From contig CM119269.1 of assembly GCA_051294375.1 (NCBI GenBank), positions 14,829,918 to 14,893,917 of the forward strand: a stretch of DNA of 64,000 bases, given 5' to 3'. This document shows, piece after piece, positions 56,358 to 64,000 of this stretch. The notes beneath the pieces were generated by a model. The model was not told the origin of the DNA. It saw nothing but the letters and a program-made list of their open reading frames with translations, and ran no database searches. How positions within the stretch are numbered: the first letter of the stretch is position 1; every line of letters starts with the position of its first letter. The position numbers were made by a program, and so were the translations under genes. This DNA is from Paraspadella gotoi (Eukaryota; Animalia; Chaetognatha).

Positions 56358-57422
56358 GAGAGAGAGAGAGAGGAGAGAGAGCAGAGAGACGTCTCATGGC
56401 ATCGTCGTATGATTATTGTCACCGTCACCGTCGGACTCATCATTATCTCCGTCGTCATGGTCGCCCTGCCGGTTTCTACGTCGTTAAGATCGTCATCCAT
56501 CACGTCGTCGTCGTCTTCGTCGTCGTCGTCTTCGTCGCCGTCGTTGTCGTCGTCGTCCTCGATCTCAAAAACTTGATATCCAGAGGGAAATCTGATCGCG
56601 CGACTTTCTTTGGGGGAGAAAATTTAGTTATATTTTAATTTGAATATTGTTCAATGTTTTAGAAAATGAAATGACAATCGAACCGTAAAAATGAGAAAAA
56701 GGGACGGGGAAAGAGAGTGGGAAAGAAAGATGGAAATAAAAAAAAAAAAGAACAAATAGCAAAAAGATAATTAAAAGGAGAGAAAAGGAAAAAAGAAAGA
56801 AAGAAAGAAAGAAAGAAGGAAAGAAAGAAACCAACCAAGAATCACAGCATCACTTTGTTTGTAAAATTCAAAAATATAAAATTCGACAAAAGAAGAAAAA
56901 CTCAGATGAACCGTAAATAAATAATTCTTTGTTTTATAGGTTATCGTTCCAACTTCCCCTCTCTCTCTCTTCCCTGACGCCGTCTCCTTATTTTCTCTTC
57001 ATTTTCTCTTTATTTTCTCCTTTTTTTTCGTTTTTCCGTCTGGAAACTATTGTTTTGTTGCGAGGACGGCGAGAAAGTTCAGACAAAAGGGAAAACGATA
57101 TTTTTTTTAAAAAACTTTTTCCGTCACATTCTGTCCACCCAATTCTGGTCCTCTTTGTGAAAGTTGCTGATTTTTAGAGCAAATTGTGATTGAGAGACGA
57201 GAGATGATCGAGAGAGAGAGAGAGAAGAGAGAGAGGAGAGTGAGAGAGAGAGAGAGAGAGGATGACGAGAGTATGCACGAGAGAGAGAGAAGTAAGAGAA
57301 GAGAGTGAGGATGTAAAGGCATACAAGGGGTAATCAACGCGAACTGGTCACAAACACCTACCGAGGATTAAACAACTTCGACGGTGGTGATATTAGTCAG
57401 CGGGGAGATTTGACATTTTCGA

Positions 57423-57455
<33 letters not shown>

Positions 57456-57994
57456 AAAAAGAGCAACGTCGAAGACGATTTTTAGTTTTTCGATAAAATT
57501 AAAGACGAAAATAATTTTTTTGTTAATTTGAGACGAAAAACATTACACCAGATTCTTTCCTGTTATCCGACTCCACAGGACAGATGACTCGATTTCTTTT
57601 CTCAGGATGCGAGTGATGGCGAAAATGGCAAAGATGGCAAATAAGGAAAAGGTGGCAGAAATGGCAGACGTGAAAAATGAGGATCAATTCGTCAAATTGA
57701 CGTTTGAATGACGGAGCGCATTCTTCATCGAGGCTTTCGACGCCGAAAGGAAGGCATCTAACGCTGAGGGGATAATTTAGCTTTGAACTTTAATTAAAGT
57801 AGTAACGATAACAAAGAAAACCAGTTGTTGGTTGTTGATAAAAAAAAGAGTAAAATGTAGACCAAAGTTGGAAGATAAAAAGCAGACCGACAGAGAGACA
57901 TGGTGACCAAGGGAAAGCCTAATAAAAAAGATTAAGAATTTAGATTCACAGTAAGAATCGATATTACGTGAACGGCGTTATGAGCAGCAGTCAG

Positions 57995-58048
<54 letters not shown>

Positions 58049-60988
58049 TCTTCACCGCGGGAATCCTGGAGCGGAAACCCTGGCCAGACTCGGCGGAAAG
58101 TCGTTGAGGTCAAGAATCTCATTTGCATACTGAAGTCGGAAGATTCAATCACCATTTTTTTTTATTTGAACAGGTATCTCGTGGGAAAACGAGATTAGTG
58201 TTAATTAAAATGATCGGAAAATTAAGAATAGAAAGTAACATAAACCAAATAAAATCGAAAAGTAAAAACCAAACAAAAACAAAAAAAAACAAAAAACAAA
58301 ATGGGAGGACGTGACGATAAGCGGGTGACATAAACGAGGGAATCGAGATTTTGTCGCTTCGATCGTCGAAAACAAAAGACGATCGATTGAAAAGATTTCG
58401 TCGATATCGTTTTATTTCCTCGATTTCCTCGATCATCTTCCATTTTTCGGGTTTTGATTATAAAATGAGATAAAACTCTGTTCAACAAGAAAGAATTTTA
58501 AGGTTGGGATCCACGAGAGAAGGAAAGGAGCTTCAATTGCAACGCGACATTTTCTCAAGCGAAGATTTTTATTTTTATTTTTCAAGACAAATATTCCGTC
58601 GTTGCGCTGATAGCGTTACCCTATAACCTTGATTGGAACGAGCATCGATAGAATAAAAGAATATGCAAATGACCATAAGGTTAAGATTCTTATCAACGAT
58701 TCGAACACTGCCGCTGATTATGACGACGACGACGACGACNNNNNNNNNNACGACGACGACGATGAAAGACGATGATTTCATTTATTGATTCCGAATTTTT
58801 AGTCAAAAGAAGATTCCAGATTTTTCTGCGGTTTTCGTTCTGCATGATTCGCGCGAAGACACGAAGATGCAAAGACAGGGAAAATGCAAAGAAAATTCAC
58901 GAAGCAAAATGCAAAGAGATTTGAAAAGCATGCAAGCAGGGACAGGAAATATGAGTTAAATGGCGTCAAAACAAAACGAGAACATGCTAATAAAGATAAC
59001 AAAATTGACACAAAATTGACATATTTGAAAAAAAAAAGTAAAGATAAACTTTTCGGTAAATTTCAACAGAGACATAATGATGAAAAAACGATCATCTTTT
59101 CACAATAGTGAAACGAAAATAATATTTGTTAATTTGATTTTCTCGTTTGCCAAAGAAATATTTGTCAGTTCGTTTTCGTGTCGGATCCACAAATTCTAAA
59201 GAATCCGATTTTTTTTTGTTTCTAAAAACCGAAAACGGAAAAAAAAGTTGTTTTTTTTTTCTTTTTCTTCTTCGGATTCTCGAATTTTTCCGATACTCAT
59301 TTTAAGTCTGGAATATTTACCTTTCCACAGAAGCGGGTAAGTGACGAGGTGAGGAGAAGGTGAGGCGACGACGACGACGACCGATTCAACGGAAGGTAAG
59401 GCGACGACGGCGACGACGACGAAATCGACGGTGAAACTCGGGTAAGTGTGACGAGCGAGAAAAAATATTTCCCCCCCTTTCCCAAAAGGAGAAAAAATAG
59501 AATATCGATTTTCGAAAGTGAAAACTTGAGCCGAGGGGGGGGGGAGCCTGTTTCTTTTAAATTAGTTTTTTGTTTGTCGTTGTTTATGTTTCAACTTTTG
59601 TTATTCTTTTTTTGTGATAGAAATTTGATCAAAGGTTTCTTTCGCTCCCTGGTGATTTCCAGGAAAGTATATACCAGACGATTTTAGTTTGGGTTGGGAC
59701 TTTTTAAAAAAAATTATTTTCGGTTTGAAGATTAAAGATTGTTTTTTTTTTTTAATATTGTAATTTTTTTCCCTTTTCACGAATATAAAGCGATTCGATT
59801 GCTTCTATAAAAAAGAAGACTAATTGAAAGCTTTTAAAGAAAAAAAAATATTTAAAGATAACGTGATAACTTTATATTTGGAGTTAAACGTAGTTTCGCT
59901 CCGTATTTTTAACGAAATAAAAAAATAACAAGAAAATCGGTTTTCCTGTCGAAGTCGTGGCTTCACGTCCGAAAGGAGATGATGAACATTTAGGCCGTTG
60001 TGTTCGTTGCCCAATCATCGTCGTCGTTTTCATCATCGTCGTCGTCGATCGTCGTCGTCCTTCTCTTCGTCCTCGTTCTCGTCGTCGTCTCCGACAAATA
60101 AGAATCGCGTGCGCCGAATTCGAACCCTCCGACCAATCGGAACCGACCTTCCAAATATTAAGCCAATCACGATCGTTTTCCTTAAAAATTGAGATGAATC
60201 CGAACAAATTGGGCCAATCGGACGACGATCCGCTCATCGCAAAACTTACTCGCGACGTCAGCGACGGTGCTTTTTCTAAGAAAATAGACTTCGCGCGGAA
60301 GAGAAGAATGGAAAGAAGGACTTGGTAAAGATAAAGACGTAGGATAAGAGATTGAGATGGAGAGATCGATGATGTTCAAGATGGAGTGAGATGATGTTGA
60401 AGATGGAGTTCGACGATGTTGAAGATGAGGATCTATTTTGTATCAGTATGAAAATGAGACTAAATGAATGAGAGAGAATAAAAAAGTTCTATCTAAAAAT
60501 TAGAATAAAAAACGTAAATTTAAAAAAAAAATAGAGGATGAGCTTTTTATAGAAAAGATTAATACACAGTTGATGAGAAAGAAGATGAGGAAAAGTCAGA
60601 AGATGAGGAGTCGAGAGAAGAATAATAAAATAGAGTCGCTGAGGATCATCACGCGAGGAAGAGGAAGAAGAGGAGGAGGAGGAGGAGAAAGAGGAGGATA
60701 CGGTCCACGAAGGACGGAACGGGACGGGACTCGGGGGCACAATGGGGTAAGGGTCTCTCCCGCGACGAGGAGCGAGGTGAGGTGAGGGGAAAAGGAGAGA
60801 TGCTAGGTAAGGACAAGGGGTTGGGTAGGTGAGGAAGGAGGGACGAGCGAAAGTAAGGCAAGGATGACACGAAGATGACGACGACGACGACGACGACGAA
60901 TATGAGGATCCGTGCGAAAAAAAAAATGGTACTGATGTATTGTGGCGACCGCCCAAAAAACTGTCGAGGCGGAGAAATTATTGGGGGA

Positions 60989-61019
<31 letters not shown>

Positions 61020-61906
61020 GAGAGAGGAAGAGAGATGAGAGAGTGAGATGAGAGATGAGAGAGGATGAGAGATGCAAGAGAGAGAGAGAGGAGAGAGAGA
61101 GCAATCATTAAAATCTTTCGTGACCAGTGCATGCCAAAGGGGTTATGGAGGGAAAGCGGTGCCCTGACGCCAAATGCAAGATAAGAACAAAACATTTGAA
61201 GAAGATTCAAGTTATGAGCAAATAAGGATTAGCATGCAGCGTATCAGTAAAACGTATTCGCTTTGCCAATGTTCGAATATATTCACTNNNNNNNNNNNNN
61301 NNNNNNNNNNNNNNNNNNNNNNNNNNNNNNNNNNNNNNNNNNNNNNNNNNNNNNNNNNNNNNNNNNNNNNNNNNNNNNNNNNNNNNNNNNNNNNNNNNNN
61401 NNNNNNNNNNNNNNNATTCGCACATATTACAAAGTAAGTAGATCAATTAATTTGGCTCAGAAAGAAACATTTAAAGGGACAAAATCGCACGGTGCCAGAA
61501 CCGGGCCACGTCTATTTTTCATTGTGTCGCTGATGTTATCTTTGCCTTTTTAATTTTTTTAATTTCTTAAGGAACTAAAATTTTGAATTTGTCGTTTTAA
61601 TTTTTTAAGACGGTAAATTCAGTTGTTGAAACGGTTTCAATATTATATTTGAATAAGTTAATAAATTATCTTATATTTCACATTAGATTTCAGAATATAT
61701 GAGAAGTCTTCATCTTAAACAGAACGGCTAATTCAAATGTGTTGCGCTGCAGTGACTGCCTGTATCACGTGTTTCTGTGACATATGATTATTACAACGAT
61801 ATGTATGACATGCACTACTATAACTATTTTAGTAATCATAGCCAAATTGCTAATTTATACAGCATTAAAATAATCTATCATGAGCATAGATTATGGTAAT
61901 AAAATA

Positions 61907-61945
61907 AAGCAGTCCCTGAGCTTCGGATTAGGCTTTGTAACACCC
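61907..61945 (-). mobile_element. Fragment of the tRNA-derived SINE body
   Basis: AAGCAGTCCCTGAGCTTCGGATTAGGCTTTGTAACACC matches 2941-2977. Confidence 0.6.
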
Positions 61946-62889
61946 TATGAATGCCGGGTTACTCCTATTCTTAGCAATATTGAGAAACCAATTTTATGCA
62001 AGTTATTAGCATATAGACAGACTGATCCGACCGAAAGTGACTTAGAGTTGCTCCGCAAGCGAACGGTGCTGCACACATGCAATTTTTTTTTCACTCTCAG
62101 ACGTGTGGCCGACAAGACAGCCGGCCTCTAGCCGCCTCATCCGCGAGTGGCTGACTCGTTGCAAGGGTGTTCGATAACCACCATGTAAAGGAAAGCCTCG
62201 TCAAAAGTGTATTAGACTTTTATTAATTGGTGATTAACGGTATTTAAAGCATTAAAACACGTTGCATTGTTTTGCAAGGCTTGTAAACTTAATTAGAAGC
62301 CAATTTCTATAAGCTAATATAACTTCTAGGTAAGCAGTAACATAAAAACAAACAACTGAGGAAAAATCTTTTCGAAAATTTTATTTCCCTTTAATTTCTA
62401 TCTTAAATAAAAATTTCAGCGAAGCTGGATAACTTCATTTCATTTCACTGGTAAATTAGTAATATGTAAAAATTTGACAACGAGAAAAATTTTCCGTAAT
62501 CTATAGACATGAAAATCTTTTAAAAACTACACGCCATCTATAATGACTACATATGCTGGAAGAAAACGGCGAAACGTTTTCCATTTTTTTTTAAATAGTT
62601 TGTACTAGCGCGTCAGAAATCTTAAGAGAAAGTCGAAAATTTTATTCCGAAAAAAATTATCTTTTAATGCATACGTTTGGTACTATATCTCAGAAACCAG
62701 TGCAGGAATTTAAAAACGGTTTTTTGCATGCTAATATTGACATCATTCTCTGTGGATCGGCATAAAAATATATACAAAAATAAATCATTATCAATTCTCT
62801 GATGAGGTATCTAATGTCAAAACAAAAAAAAAAAAAAACAACGCCGCCGCGTTTAAAAAAATAACCGAGAAGCATCAATCGATGGACTT

Positions 62890-63157
62890 ATGCTTCCACC
62901 CCCGACTGCTCCTCGCAGGCGTCTCGATGCTGGCACCAAAGGACAGGCGCGTTCTCGGCCGGCACTGGCCCCCACGTTTCACGTTCGACAGGTCATCCCA
63001 TTACTCGGTCGGTATGGAAAAGAGAGGATTCACAAGATGCGGCACCGTTGGTTCTATGTAGAGAAGTGCGGAGAGAAGGTTTAATAAAGTTATCTTAAGA
63101 GTAAGAGAGAAATCTCTCTCTCTCTCTCTTCTCCCTCTCTATCCCTTTCTCTCTCTC

Positions 63158-63204
<47 letters not shown>

Positions 63205-64000
63205 ACGGCCCATCAAAGAATATTCAACGCCCCCCACCCCCCAAAAAAAACGGCCGTCTACGTCGTGCCCCGCAACAGTCAAATCGGCGCCCCCCGGAGG
63301 AAGCCCGATGCGACAGTTGAACGAGGAGCCGACAGCATACTGCTCCTGAATTTGCTCCACGAGGAACAGCGAGAAGGCCTTGATGATTTCAGACAAAAGG
63401 GTGAGAGAAGAGATGAGAGAGAGAGGAGAGATGAGAGAGAAGAGAGAGGATGAGGGAGAGAAGAGAGAGATAACAAATCAATGAGAAGGAGAAAGAGAGG
63501 AGGGAAAGAGAGAGCAAAAGAGAGGAGAGAAGAGGGAGAGAAGAGAGAGAGATGATGAGAGAGAGAGAGAGAAGAGATAGATGAGAGAGAGAAAACAAAC
63601 AAGAGAAAGAAAGAAGATGAGGAAAGAGAGAGCGAAGAAGAGAGAGAGAAGAGGAGAGGGAGAGAGAGAGTAGGATGGGAAGAGAGAAATAACAAATCAA
63701 GTTAATTAAGTCCCATTGATATAATCTTAGATAAGTGTGAAAAAAAAGAAAAGCTTTAGTCCTTTCTATCTTTTCCCACCCAAACTTTTTTTTAATAGTA
63801 AGCGCAGTGTGGACGAGCCCTCCCGAAGGCCGCCCTTCTTCCCGCAAGTCGCGGTCCACTCGATGCCCTCTCCTCCATCTTCGAGAGGACAAAAGAAATG
63901 CGACAGATATCTCGGACGCCACCGATCAACGTGCTGATGTCGACAAGGATGTGCTGAGAATCAAAGAGAATCTGATACTACTGTATCTATCCGAATCAGT
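62890..64000 (+). CDS. Possible 5' exons of an unidentified gene running off the window
   Basis: GC-rich islands at ~62890-63078, ~63219-63400 and ~63798-64000 are separated by GA microsatellites. Donors AAG|GTTTAA and AGG|GTGAGA; the last island is open to the window end in the phase-compatible frame. Exon 2 needs a 1-base homopolymer correction. Confidence 0.35.

Noticed and set aside
51123-61287. Many short ORFs (poly-S, poly-D, ER/SL repeats), including GC islands at ~53960-54240 and ~57600
   Set aside because: They are products of GA/GAC microsatellites and low complexity. No spliceable coding chain was found; probably UTR, intronic or regulatory DNA.

Overview
Intron-rich invertebrate animal DNA (GC-rich exons, AT-rich introns, many (GA)n/(GAC)n microsatellites; taxon not determinable). 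Left to right: 3' part of an SLC36 amino-acid transporter; a 2-exon orphan gene; an SLC6A15/17/19-type transporter; ACMSD; an hnRNP A/B gene with candidate poison exons; a 9-exon type III polyketide synthase; a small 4-exon predicted mitochondrial membrane protein gene missed by the ORF track (one GC-AG intron); and an echinoid-like Ig/FN3 adhesion gene on the minus strand. The PKS has an intact Cys-His-Asn triad and resembles the mycobacterial Pks18 group. It is the most striking feature, a probable domesticated horizontal acquisition. Bases 39340-51123 are an indel-riddled second copy of 27873-39314 beyond a 25-N gap, most likely a false (haplotype/raw-read) duplication. The last 13 kb is mostly non-coding, with a possible gene start at the far end. 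Several small mobile elements sit in introns. All gene models were spliced by eye and all family assignments come from recalled motifs; no searches were run.
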